This document shows, piece by piece, positions 25,635 to 36,572 of a DNA stretch of 64,000 bases; position 1 is the stretch's first letter; the number at the start of each line of letters is the position of its first letter. The translations under genes were made by a program, and so were the position numbers. The notes beneath the pieces are model-generated. The model worked only from the letters and a program-made list of their open reading frames with translations, was not told where the DNA came from and made no database searches. Where the stretch lies: positions 49,447 to 113,446 of IMG/VR virus record IMGVR_UViG_3300020037_005233; one strand, written 5' to 3'. Origin of the DNA: a virus. Taxonomy: Duplodnaviria; Caudoviricetes.

Positions 25635-27375
25635 AATATATAATCTCCTTTTACAACGTTCTTAATCGAAGGTTTCTTACACCTACACTCCTCAAACCAT
25701 CAGGTAAGGCACTTCACGTCATCGCACGGAAAATCTCCTTTAGCATACACCTTTGCCCGCACAAGAACCTGCCAAGCTCAAGAGTGTTTCCGTTCTTTAT
25801 GTCCTTAACCGTCTCCACCACCATTATCACACACACCGTAAAACTTAACCACAACGGCATAGATAGTATAAGTGTCCAATTACTTACAGCGATCAGCAAT
25901 TGCTTTATTTTTGTCATACTCTCCGCTTTCTTTTGATTTTAATAATAGCTCAAGCTCATGGTGTTGCTGGATGTCTCGCTCTACTAAATCAACTATAGAT
26001 TCAGAAAAGTTGCGCTCCTCAAGCGCCTGATACAAAGTCACCTGCTTATCCAAGCACATACTAATGATCTGGCTACACTGTTTCTCAGTTAAGTACACCT
26101 TGATCATGTGGGGTCACCACCAGAACTACGATAAACATTACCTCTAGCGTCCACAACATCCCAAGCACCGCCAGGTGTTACGTTGTCGGGGGCAGCGGCG
26201 GCCGCCTCATCTGGAGTGGAAAACGAGTTACCACAATGAGCTTTTACCGCCTCATCAGTGGTCTCGTCCTCTTCTCTGATATAGAACAAAGCCGCCTGCT
26301 TAAACTCATCGCGCTCCTGCATCATGTCTCCGTACGCTATCCCACCCACACGCAAACCATTGACAGCATTAGGCCACGCTTTTAAAATCCACTCCGCCTT
26401 TTCAGGGTCATCAATAATCACCCTTAGTGTCATCATTTCATCCTTCTTCATACATGTCCTTAGGTACAGTTTCTAGTGCAGTTAGAGCCATAACAGCCTT
26501 AGAGATAGCCTCCAACGCGGCAACGTTTTCTAAGTGGGTTCTATCAATGATCATGATTCGTTTATAAAGAATATCCTTAAATTCGCTTATGCGGTTTATG
26601 TGCATAATTCACTCCCTGTCCTCTGCTTTAGCCATAAGAAGTTCATGTCCGTAGCTGTTAAAAGCAACATCTATCTGATCGATATCGATGCCTCCCTGTA
26701 CGCTGTCTAAAAACTCTACGTACAGATCTCCGTGTTTCTCTATGAGGTTCTGTAATCTATCAACCATCTGACTAGCTTTCATTGGTGTCTCTCCAAAGTG
26801 GTATCTTTATATAAAGATTCGCTCCGCAAAAGAACACGATTACTGACAGCATCCTGTATAAGTGCTTATCACTGTATCGCAGCTTAAAAACAGGCGTAGA
26901 GATAGTAAAACCAGCCCCGATAGCTGGGCCAAAGAAGTCTCCTGTAATCACACTCAGATCCCAGTCAAACGGCCTCACTTGTCACCTGCCTTTTGTAACA
27001 CCCACTTAGCAAGCTTAACAGCTTCCTTTGTAGTAAGTTCATCGTGTGCGCAGCTAAACTTGAAGGCCATCCCGAAGAACTTAGCCTGTTTTCCTCTAAT
27101 CATTATAGTGTCTGGTCTAGCAATCTTTTCAAAATCTATGTGCTCTCTTAATGCCCATGTAGGGACATTGTACGTGTGCCGATGTCTTAAAACAGTTACC
27201 ATGCCACTCATGCTGTCATACACCTCAAGCACATCCACTTTCTTTCCACCTAGCTGGTTGATTATATGTGTACGTAAGTGTGCGTCTGGAGCTTTCTTGT
27301 CACCCATATATAACGCAGAATAACTTTCCTTAAACCCCTCAGATAAGAGTTCTTCTTTAGTTTTGAATATTGCTT

Positions 27376-27735
27376 TCATTTTTTCCCCTCTAGCTTCGCT
27401 TTTAATGCCGCATTCTCGACCTTAAGTTTTCTAATGTTTGTGTGAATGTTGCCCACATCTGGCTCTCCGTTCACGTAATCAAATTCGCTGGCATACGCTA
27501 TACGGCAAGCCTTCAGGCAGTTTACTTCGTTTTCCAGCACACTTATCTTGTCCTCAAACGGGCCTATAGGAACCACCCTCTTCAAACATGCTTTGCACGT
27601 AACCTCATACTGCCTGAATGTAGTGAACCTGTCTGCGTGAAATGAGATATCTTTCCCGCAGCTAGCCCGCCTAACCACACCCTCAAAACGATCAACTAAA
27701 TGAATTACAACTGGCACAAATCTCCCCCTCCACAC
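27376..27735 (-). CDS. H-C-CxxC zinc-finger family protein with coiled tail
   Basis: IHL...SCG...VTCKAC. Confidence 0.5.
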   Translation of the reverse strand: MWRGRFVPVVIHLVDRFEGVVRRASCGKDISFHADRFTTFRQYEVTCKACLKRVVPIGPFEDKISVLENEVNCLKACRIAYASEFDYVNGEPDVGNIHTNIRKLKVENAALKAKLEGKK

Positions 27736-27935
27736 CTACATGTATAAAAATCACAGTTAGGGCACCTGTCCTTGTCATAGTTTTGGTGTGCTTCAAACCT
27801 GCGCACCAAAATAGACTTAGGACCGTGAATGCTAATGGCTACTTCGTTTCTGCCCTTGATTTCTTTTATTGTAACCACGATCTCGTCTGAGATAATGATG
27901 CTCTCCCCGTTTCGCCTTTTAATATGTAGTCCCAT
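27705..27935 (-). CDS. csrA: CsrA/RsmA-family translational regulator
   Basis: L.IKRR.GESIII.D.I.VTI...KG..V.I.I.GPKSI.V.R.E matches the CsrA consensus; added Cys-rich tail. Confidence 0.8.
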   Translation of the reverse strand: MGLHIKRRNGESIIISDEIVVTIKEIKGRNEVAISIHGPKSILVRRFEAHQNYDKDRCPNCDFYTCRCGGGDLCQL

Positions 27936-28328
27936 TGCTCTGGTACCATTTACACCTTTCGCAGGAACCGCATGCAGTGCCTAGTTTAATGCTGCCCCTG
28001 CAACAGGGAGTTGTGAACTCAGGCACCTCTAGCACCGGCGCTTCGAATGCCTGTATCTCAACCCTAAGCCACCCAATAACAGGTAACACACTGATCGTGT
28101 TCTCCCACTGCGTTGCACCGTGCGGGGCCATGAAGGGCTTCACCCAAAAAATATTATCGCCTGTGGCTACAGTCTCTGTTAAACCGCGTGTAATACCGGC
28201 GACAGAAACTTCGTTATTTTTTTCCTGTGCTGTCTCTAGCTGCTTTTTTCTCATATAGTTTCCCCACTTTTTGCTGGTATATTGCCCCGAATCACGCATC
28301 GGGGCAACCGCGTTCACATCCCATAGAC

Positions 28329-28589
28329 TTACTTCGATGGCCCCTGCCCCTTGGATACGTCGATAGTTTTTGACTTACTCTGCTTCACAAACCCAGGAAG
28401 GCTCTTCACTGGCTTGATCCCGTTCATCTGTGAAATCTCTATCTCTGTCCTAAGCACACGCATGATCTCTCTTGATTGCGAGGCGATGGCGTTAGCTTCT
28501 GGTGCTTTAATCTTCCTCTTTCTGATATCCTTCATCGTCTTAAATAAGATGTTCTTAAGCGCTTGTGCTGTTAAAGTGTCTTTACTCAT
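28329..28589 (-). CDS. Conserved phage hypothetical protein
   Basis: L...LF.TM......KI...EANAIA helical motif; GAGG RBS. Confidence 0.55.
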   Translation of the reverse strand: MSKDTLTAQALKNILFKTMKDIRKRKIKAPEANAIASQSREIMRVLRTEIEISQMNGIKPVKSLPGFVKQSKSKTIDVSKGQGPSK

Positions 28590-29022
28590 TGTTTTTATCC
28601 TCTTTTGTTACTTGTAATAATTGTTTGGTCATCTTGTGGCATTCCCAGTACTCACCAAAGCGAGTCTTTGAATACTGATCTTTTCGTCCTTCTAAGTATT
28701 TACTTCTGTTATTTAACCTCCATCGTTTATTTTTAAGCCAGTTCTTTAAAGGGTTACTCTGCGCCCACAAGTATTTATCTGCAGAAACCTTCTCGCTATT
28801 TTTCTCGCTATACCTTTTCGCAGAGGCTTTCTTAAGAGCTTTGAAATGTTCTGGGTCACGCTCTTTGTACGCTTTCTTCCATGCTCTGACCTTAGCTTTG
28901 TTTTCTGTGTGCCAGCTTCTTGATTTTACTTTTAAACACTCAGCGCATTTCCTTATTGCTGGCGGCTTATCCAACAGAGCACAGGATGAGCAGAGGTACT
29001 TTCTCTTAATAGTTTCTTTCAT
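28582..29022 (-). CDS. Basic Zn-finger/helical-repeat protein resembling HNH-endonuclease N-termini
   Basis: CSSC...CAEC followed by repeated W/Y...N motifs; no nuclease domain seen. Confidence 0.5.
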   Translation of the reverse strand: MKETIKRKYLCSSCALLDKPPAIRKCAECLKVKSRSWHTENKAKVRAWKKAYKERDPEHFKALKKASAKRYSEKNSEKVSADKYLWAQSNPLKNWLKNKRWRLNNRSKYLEGRKDQYSKTRFGEYWECHKMTKQLLQVTKEDKNNE

Positions 29023-29092
29023 TCATGTAATCTCCTCCGCACTAAAGCTTAAAATCATGTGCGCAAACACCTCAAATGCAGTGACCTTGTCG

Positions 29093-29440
29093 TCAGGGTC
29101 CTTGGTGTGTACTACCACAAGGTTTCAACCTGTTTTGCATAAGCCTAAGATCTAGCCGACTAATTTTAGTGGCTTTGTGGACAGATAGGGTTTGCTCACC
29201 AAGATCAAACATTCTCTTCACCTGAGTAAGCATGATCTATACATCAACAACCTCGTCAATTATTTTCATCTTCTCTTCATCAGACAAACAAGTCCTGTCC
29301 TTGTACTTAGCCAGTACCTGAATAAGTTCGGCGCACTCTTCAATTGCTTTCACCACCTGCGCGTCTTTGCCCCAAACATCTATAGCTTCGGCACAGACCT
29401 GTTCTTCATAAATTGTCATAGTTAGTCCTGGTTTCTTCAT
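29093..29440 (-). CDS. MazG-like NTP pyrophosphohydrolase with an in-frame TAG at 29237-29239
   Basis: WG...Q..KAIEECAELIQ...DEVVDV-(TAG)-IMLTQV; the E..DV.IML.Q motif continues directly after the stop. Confidence 0.75.
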
Positions 29441-29445
29441 ATATT

Positions 29446-29474
29446 CTTATACCTGAATAATTGATTAATTTTCC
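29446..29474 (-). promoter_or_regulatory. Phage promoter motif copy
   Basis: GGAAAA-N15-GGTATAAG just upstream of the MazG-like gene. Confidence 0.5.
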
Positions 29475-29674
29475 GGCAGCGCGTCTACTATGGTGGACGC
29501 AAATGTGATTAGCGCCACTGTCACCACTACTCCAGCCAGCACTCCATAGTGGTCAAAAGCAAGACATATCAAAACACCCATCACAATAGTCACGGCAGTG
29601 AGAGCGGAAATGACAGCCATAAACCCAACCAGCGCGCCCACGTTATTAGCCAATAATTTTAGAAAACTCTTCAT
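29465..29674 (-). CDS. Small membrane protein (2 TM)
   Basis: Two long hydrophobic stretches; AAGGAG RBS. Confidence 0.55.
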   Translation of the reverse strand: MKSFLKLLANNVGALVGFMAVISALTAVTIVMGVLICLAFDHYGVLAGVVVTVALITFASTIVDALPEN

Positions 29675-30303
29675 GTGGCTTCTCCTTCTTCAGCAGCGTC
29701 TCCAAGTGGGCAGTACTTGTCATTCCTACCACGGTCTCGCTTAGTAAGTGCTTTCGCATAAAACTCCACACCCATCTCACGTCGCAATGCCGATATCCTG
29801 ATGTCATACTGTTGCAGCATGTACTCGTTCATAAGTCTTCTCCCCATCTGATGCATATAAGATGGTTTAGGCCTAGCGTCTGTAAGTTTTCTGCACCTGT
29901 GCACGCTGGTCAGACTGTTGTGTACGTCAAATGGGTGCTCCGACGCATCGTACTCAGCATCGAATGATAGCACTCCGTACCTAATGTTTTTAGTGTTCAG
30001 ATATTCTTTTGCTCTATCCGCTAAGCTTTTAGGTACTACATAGTACAGGTAGTTAGGGCTGTTCCTACCCACGGCATACCACTCGTGTTTGACGCTCTTT
30101 GTTTCGAACTCGCGCTTAAGGTCTGACAGAGAGCTTTTTATCTCGATCTCTACCATGGAGGTAGGTAGGCCATCTCGGCCTATCCACAACCCACACACGT
30201 CTTTTAAATACCTGTTACCAACCTCAGTACAAACAATATCAGCACCCTTGGCCATCCGTAGCCAAGACATAGCAGCCCACTTCATGTCGCCTGTTAAACT
30301 CAT
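29671..30303 (-). CDS. PD-(D/E)XK nuclease-like protein (MmcB-like)
   Basis: CTEVG...DV...EIEIKSSLSDL...K..KH...PNYLYYVVP. Confidence 0.7.
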   Translation of the reverse strand: MSLTGDMKWAAMSWLRMAKGADIVCTEVGNRYLKDVCGLWIGRDGLPTSMVEIEIKSSLSDLKREFETKSVKHEWYAVGRNSPNYLYYVVPKSLADRAKEYLNTKNIRYGVLSFDAEYDASEHPFDVHNSLTSVHRCRKLTDARPKPSYMHQMGRRLMNEYMLQQYDIRISALRREMGVEFYAKALTKRDRGRNDKYCPLGDAAEEGEAT

Positions 30304-30336
30304 GAGGGTAATCTCTTACTGGAGCGAGCACAAGTC

Positions 30337-30353
30337 AAGGCAAATTTTGCCGT
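30337..30353. promoter_or_regulatory. Degenerate operator palindrome copy
   Basis: AAGGCA-AATTT-TGCCGT next to a minus-strand TTGACT hexamer. Confidence 0.4.
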
Positions 30354-31700
30354 GTTACTTGCCACCAGCTTTGTACGCGAAAACCATTGCTGTTACCTGT
30401 AATAATGTCGCCAGTATTATTAGTTCGGTATCGTTACCATCTTTTTCCGCACCTCCGATATATGCCATCCTAAGTGGCGCGATAACAAACATACCCCACA
30501 TCACACACTGCAATAATTCTACTACGGTCATGATCCCCCCTTAATCTCATATACTCCGGCGTCTCCAAATAACTCTGGTCTGCGAAACACCTTTGGGTCG
30601 CATATAGCAAAATCACTCAGCTTAACCTTGTACACGTAGTATGCCGAGCCTTCTGTATTTACACAGAACTGAGGCTCTGTTGGTTCCCCAAATACCTGGA
30701 ACTTTAGTGCCTCCCCGCCCATAGCAACCACTATAAACCCAAGAAATGTCAGGTTGTCTGCGGCTTCATTTATTGAATACGCAGAAATCTTTGATTCCTC
30801 TCCATCGCTTACGTGTGTAAATAGGTAATCACCTAACCTAATCTTAGCAAGGGGTAATTTTGTCATGATCTTCTCCCCTTAGTTTAAAGACGCACGTCTC
30901 TGATTTCTGTACAGCGGTGTTCCCTACGTCTAGGTTTAGCGCAAACAGTACCAGGCTAAACTCTTCCCCCACAAAGTCCTTGTTCACGGTTTCTTTTTCG
31001 GGGAGGTACACCTGAAATGACACTAGGCCAGGCTTCTCACCGTGGTATACCATCCCACCACTCAAAAGTGAGTAAAACTTCCCATTCACATGGAGTTCGT
31101 AGATAGGGTACCCCCGATCTAGGTCGTGCGGCCTATTCTTATAGTATACACCCACCGCAATAACAGGGGAGGCTTTTGACTCCAGTGTTAGTTGCAGCGA
31201 TGGTAGCGGCACATGTAATCCATTTTTAATTGTGATCATCGTAATCTCTCCCTAAGGGCATCGAGTGGTGCAAGGTGCTTAAGCTCCCCCCACCTATCCT
31301 TGCCGTCAATGTCTGTGTCTTTAATTAGGCCGTCTTTAATCATGGAGTCTAGGTCAAGCCTGATGGATATATCTGGGGCGTAGTATTCCGAAGAATACCC
31401 GCACGCAGTTTCATCAAACACCCAGAAATCTCGGTCAGTGCTGGTTAAGACATACTTGCGTAATATCTCAAGTGTCCAACCATCTTTCTTATAAAACCTA
31501 GAACTCAGACTTGTTATCGCAACTCTCATTTTTAGGTTCACCTGTGTTGTGGTTGTAATAGTAAGAACAATCTTTGTCACAAAAGAACTGCCGCTTTAGC
31601 ACAGCTCTTCCGCAGTTGATGCAGATATAGTCTTCTTTACGACACACGTCTTTAACCAAGAATGGACGTATGATATTGTAAACAAAACGCTTAATCTTTC

Positions 31701-31976
31701 TCACACTTCCTCCTCGTAAGACGCTTCAAAAATATCTGGCTTACAAAAGTAGAACTCGCCTTTCAAGCCTTTGATTAAGTAGTCTCCGCGACTGCCTGCC
31801 ATAGGCCCTTCTAGAGTCATGATATGCAACCTAGATGCTAGAAGCTGGTCTAGCACTGGTTCGACAGGGGACATAAAAGCCCTGATAGCTTCTAAGTTAT
31901 CCCCTGTCCACCTGATCGCCTCTTTAACTACTACCCTAGACCTATACCTTTTTGGTACGTTCATTTCCCCTCCCAT
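31701..31976 (-). CDS. Conserved small phage protein (PGDYG-like)
   Basis: YRS..V..EAIRWTGDN...TLEG...GDYLIKG..GEFY.CKPDIF..SY. Confidence 0.7.
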   Translation of the reverse strand: MGGEMNVPKRYRSRVVVKEAIRWTGDNLEAIRAFMSPVEPVLDQLLASRLHIMTLEGPMAGSRGDYLIKGLKGEFYFCKPDIFEASYEEEV

Positions 31977-32877
31977 CTCTGTCTAGCCTCTAGTGAAATC
32001 AGCTCTAACTTTAACCGTGCAATTGTAAACTCACGCCCCGCCCAAGCAACGGACTTATCAATGCCGTATTTTAATACATCGGCAGAGTGCTCCTCATGCA
32101 ACATCTTCTCCCCCTCTGCACGGAAATCTACCATATCTTGAACACTTACAAACGGACTCTGGCTATTCATGGACTATCTCCTTCGTTATTGACGGGGCCG
32201 TCGAAAATGGTGTGTGGTATCTCCGTGATTTCCTCGTTGATCGGATACTCAACCAGCTGCCCAAAATAAAGCATTGTCGGGCAACGCTTCTTAAACTCTT
32301 CATCGGAGATAGGAAGCAACGCCGCTCTAGCCTTTGCTGCACTAAAAGGGTGCACCGATATTTCCTTCAATGCTTCCTCGTACCTCGTCACTTTTTCTTC
32401 CAGCTCAGCTATCTTAGAACGCAATTCTTCCCTTGATAGTTCGTTAGTGGCTACAGTACCGCCACTCTCTTCGATCATGGCTGTGATTGCTCTACCCAAG
32501 AACTCTAGTCTGCCTCTATAGATCATCTCATCAGGTGATATATTGCCAAACATTGGGTTCTTGGTGTGGAACCATACATGTGTTTTCCACTCATCCCATT
32601 TCATATGCTTCATCACCGCTATGAAAAGCGGGTTATATCCTGGTTCCATCTTGTGCTCCTTTTATTGCCTAAATACTTCTTAAAACACTTTTTGCAGGTA
32701 ACGCGATTAAAATAGGGCTCCCAGCAACGAGGCGACCTGCTGGTAATTAAACTCATGGATTTAAGGGGCCATCACCTTGAAATAAATTTCAATCCACCGA
32801 ATCGAGTACCCAACACGAACAGTCACAGACATGCCTCATACTCATCACCAGATGCTTTGTGCATACGCATAAGATCG

Positions 32878-33204
32878 TTAAAGGTCATCTTGTACCTCGT
32901 TAACTTCGTCTCGCCTGTTGATCCAACCGTATAAGAGTTTCCTATAATGTTTTACCATTACCCCAATACACTGTTTACAAGTTACATCTGAGCTCAAGAC
33001 TGAAACGGACTCAGTATCTTCTCTTGAGCACTCAGCCACAAGCTGGCCGAGCCACGCGAAATGTACCTTTGTCCCCTCGTCTTCACGCTTTTTATCCTGG
33101 TCAGCAATTAGCCTCTTTTCATCACATGAACAGTCACAGGTAGTGCAATAGTATACGTCGCAGTTAGCACAGTATTTAACATGGCCGCATTCAAATTTGC
33201 TCAT
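32878..33204 (-). CDS. H-C-CxxC zinc-finger family protein
   Basis: KVHF...EC...VTCKQC...RRDEV. Confidence 0.55.
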   Translation of the reverse strand: MSKFECGHVKYCANCDVYYCTTCDCSCDEKRLIADQDKKREDEGTKVHFAWLGQLVAECSREDTESVSVLSSDVTCKQCIGVMVKHYRKLLYGWINRRDEVNEVQDDL

Positions 33205-33407
33205 CCTTCATCTCCTTCACTTTGATGTCATCTTGCTCCATATCCTTCACTTTGGTTGATGCAACGACCTTCCTAAGCTCAATAAGCTCGCAGAGGTATT
33301 CAACCACTTTCTCGCTCACACTGGCGCTATAATGACGATCTCCTCCAACATGCTCCCAGTTCATTCGCATGAAGTCTTCAATCATAGACTCAATATTATC
33401 TAACGCA

Positions 33408-33608
33408 TTAAGGTGTTTCATCTTTCATCTCCTTCACTTCGTCGCGCTGTTTAATCATGGCGTCTAGTACCATCTGTTGTGTGCATATGACCTTGTTTAG
33501 GCAATTAATACAGGTCACATGAATGAGATAGCCTGTACATCTTGTATTGTACTCCCGTTTTTTACCGCAAAAAAGTAAGCGAAGATTATTTACGTAATGC
33601 ACTTTCAT
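33408..33608 (-). CDS. H-C-CxxC zinc-finger family protein
   Basis: KVHY...FCG...VTCINC...QRDEVKE. Confidence 0.55.
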   Translation of the reverse strand: MKVHYVNNLRLLFCGKKREYNTRCTGYLIHVTCINCLNKVICTQQMVLDAMIKQRDEVKEMKDETP

Positions 33609-33799
33609 TCAGTCTCCTTCACTTCGTCGCGGCGTTTGATCCATAGTGACGTGTAGTAAATTAGTGAGTTTATTTTTTTGGTTATGCAATCAACACATGT
33701 TACTTCATCTGCGAATCTCGAAGTTTTTTCATTACTACTGTACAATCCGTCATCACAAAATTGTACACATGAGTTTCTATCAACTAAATGCACCTTCAT
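33605..33799 (-). CDS. H-C-CxxC zinc-finger family protein
   Basis: KVHL...FC...VTCVDC...RRDEVKE. Confidence 0.55.
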   Translation of the reverse strand: MKVHLVDRNSCVQFCDDGLYSSNEKTSRFADEVTCVDCITKKINSLIYYTSLWIKRRDEVKETE

Positions 33800-34502
33800 T
33801 CAAACACCTGCTTTCCGTCTTCAAATACCATGTCTGGAATGTCATTTGCACGCACGCAAAGTAAACCCGCAGATACCGTAAAACCCTCTTTCACCCAAAT
33901 AATGCATCCATCGGCGGTAGCCCACGCCTGAAGCACGACGCGCTTCTTGGGCAGGACTGGGGACCAGTCATCAGTATCTAATCTAGCCGAAAAAGAACTT
34001 CCATTGGACTTCATAAGAAGTGCTAAATTAGTTCCAACAGCGTCAACTGTGTACATCTCTTCGGTGCTATGGGTTACTATCCCGCCGACTCCTACTTTTT
34101 CGATTGCTTCTTTAAGTGTTGCCATTTAATTCCTACTCCTATTTACTTCTTTTAGGCGGTCTTTAAGCCATTTCACTTGTTGTTGAAGGTCTAAAATGAC
34201 CATATTCGATAACTCTTCTTTATGTTTTTCGACCAGTTCAGTTCTATATCTTTGAGCCCACGTGTGAGGACCGTCTAACTTTAAAATGCCGTCCTTTATT
34301 TCATCCATGAGTTTATCCTGGAGTTTGTTTTTATAATTAATCTCAGCATCAAACGTGGCAAAAGGAATTACATTAGCATAGAAGTTTGAAATAGTTTGCC
34401 CAGCCGTGCTCCTCATTTGTTCCTTAAAATTATCCAGGGCGTCTTGCGTTTTTTGCGCAAAAATCTTTTCATCCATTTCGTTGTCTAGCTCAAAATTCTT
34501 CA

Positions 34503-34763
34503 TCACTCCGCCTTGTCATATTTACGTTTAAATTCTTCATCACTCATCACGCTGAACGTGTCGCCGTCTTTGATGATCCAGTCGCCAACAAAAGCCCACT
34601 GAAGATACCCCCGCATTGGTGGTGGTTGGTATGAAATGCCGTTAAGATAACACCTTCTGTGTCTACTAAAAATAGTGCCCCACTTTTCGCACATATGTTC
34701 ATATGATTTAAGACCATCAAGCCGCACCGCCTCAACCTCAGCTGGCTTGCTTCGGTATTTCAT
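34503..34763 (-). CDS. Paralogue of the PGDYG-like small phage protein
   Basis: KYRSKP.EVEAVR...GDWIIK....F......F...Y. Confidence 0.6.
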   Translation of the reverse strand: MKYRSKPAEVEAVRLDGLKSYEHMCEKWGTIFSRHRRCYLNGISYQPPPMRGYLQWAFVGDWIIKDGDTFSVMSDEEFKRKYDKAE

Positions 34764-35698
34764 GGTGATACCTTCAGCTTCTTAATCTCATCATGAAGTC
34801 TGTAGTGCTCGTGTGTCTGCAACCTATGGTTGCTTGCCAAGACTTCGGCGTAACACTTTTTAAGGTGCTCGACTTCTCGTTCTAGCCTGCCAACGTAGTC
34901 TGACTCTAAACCTTCAAAGTGCATTGTCCCATCATAAATAGGGTGCTTCATCGACGTGCTCTGGGTAAAACCATACTTTTCATAAAATGCTTTTGAATCT
35001 TCACTTTGTTTCATGATTGCTCCTTTAAAAACTCAATCAGTGCGGCAACATCTGCATTTGATAGTGTGCAGTAGTTCCAAACCCATTTTTCCATTTTCAT
35101 CACTTCGTGTTCATGGCCTAAGTCACACCGCTCAGTTTTCTCGGTCTTCTGGGGTATGAACCCCGCCCACCTTACTTCTACACCGCCATCACGCTTGTGT
35201 TTCAGGTTAAGACATTCCCCCGAGTCTTCGTTACATTCTCCGTAAATTGCTAGCTTTGTTTTAGTGCGCCTCACCTGGGTGAGGCCATCTTCCATCTCTG
35301 ATTTTAATCTGTTTAAGTCTGGCATTGTGTACTCCTATCTGTGCTAACGTAGTGGTTCTCCGCGCTTAAACTCGCCTGGATAAAAGCCTCCGCTTAGAAG
35401 GCCGTAATCACTTTTGTTCATAGCTTCTTCACAGTCTAAATGCATTCTGGCAGCAAAAAATTCTCCAAAGTTAGAATAAGCCCTGGACAGGTGCTTCTCT
35501 TTCACTAGGATTTTGTCTCCGCACCACTCACACTCGTATTGTTTTCGACCGATAACGTGTTTTGTTTTTATTTCTTGATAAGCCATAAATCTCCCTACTA
35601 CCTTGACCCGCTGGTCAACACCCCTAAAATTAAAAACAGGACAAGAACCTTATATATATCCACACATGTCTGTGTATCCATAAACACTCCTTAAAATC

Positions 35699-35948
35699 GG
35701 CTGGTGGCACGCGGCTAACGAGTCATCCGACTAATTCCGTTCACTCCACCAGCCTCTTAATGCGCGTGACCTCTTTTAGCCTGAGTCGAGTCATTCTCTG
35801 GACCAGACGTGAGCGTTACCTAATGACATGGCTTTGGTCTGTGTGCTCAACACTTTACGCGCAAACTTAAAACTACTGAGGGCGTGGCGTCCAATTGGAG
35901 CGACCTCTCGACCTGCCAAGCGCCTCAGTCATGACCGTGCTTAGGTCA
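35699..35948 (-). ncRNA. Cluster of structured RNA elements (unknown class)
   Basis: Consecutive closing stems GGCTGGTGG/CCACCAGCC, TGCGCGT/ACGCGCA and ACTGAG/CTCAGT in a gene-free gap. Confidence 0.5.
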
Positions 35949-35951
35949 AAG

Positions 35952-36098
35952 TTATTCTTCGTATTCTTCCATTATTTCTTGCGCTGATTCAATCCCAGCC
36001 CAATTATCAACTCCTGCGGCCTCTAGTGCTTGCAGCCAAGCGGAGTCTTTCTTTAGCTGTTCATATTGTTTCTTTGAGATAGTAACTTGTTCTTCCAT
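35952..36098 (-). CDS. 48-aa protein with LEAAGVDNW motif (below ORF-track cutoff)
   Basis: MEEQVTISKKQYEQLKKDSAWLQALEAAGVDNWAGIESAQEIMEEYEE; GGGGGA RBS. Confidence 0.65.
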   Translation of the reverse strand: MEEQVTISKKQYEQLKKDSAWLQALEAAGVDNWAGIESAQEIMEEYEE

Positions 36099-36572
36099 CC
36101 ATCCCCCAACTGCCCATATAGAGCGTGTTTAAAATTTGTCACCACTCATGACCGCAGTCTGGACATCTATGCCCAATAATGCGGTCTTCTCTAATACTTG
36201 AAAGTGAAATGCGGCGGCTCCATCTGTTGAGTATTCCGTGCTTAGTCCACCCAGCATAGTCCTTTGCCCAGCTGATGGCATCCTCTGCTGACTTTCCTTG
36301 CTTTATGAAAGTGTCAATAACAAGGTCACCGTCAAAGTTAGCGTTACAGGAAGGGCAGTATCCGTTTATGTTCTTATTCATGGCGTGGAAATTCCTGTTG
36401 AAAATATCTGCCAAGCTCAAAGCCCAGTACAATCCAGCCACAAATGACAACGATAAAATCAAATGCGCCAATCATGGGGTTGGCTCTCTCCGCCCAAGTC
36501 AGTGCTGTGCATATTGTTGTCCCAACGAGCAGTACAATGTTATAAACCTTTTCCATGTATCTCCTTAAAATC

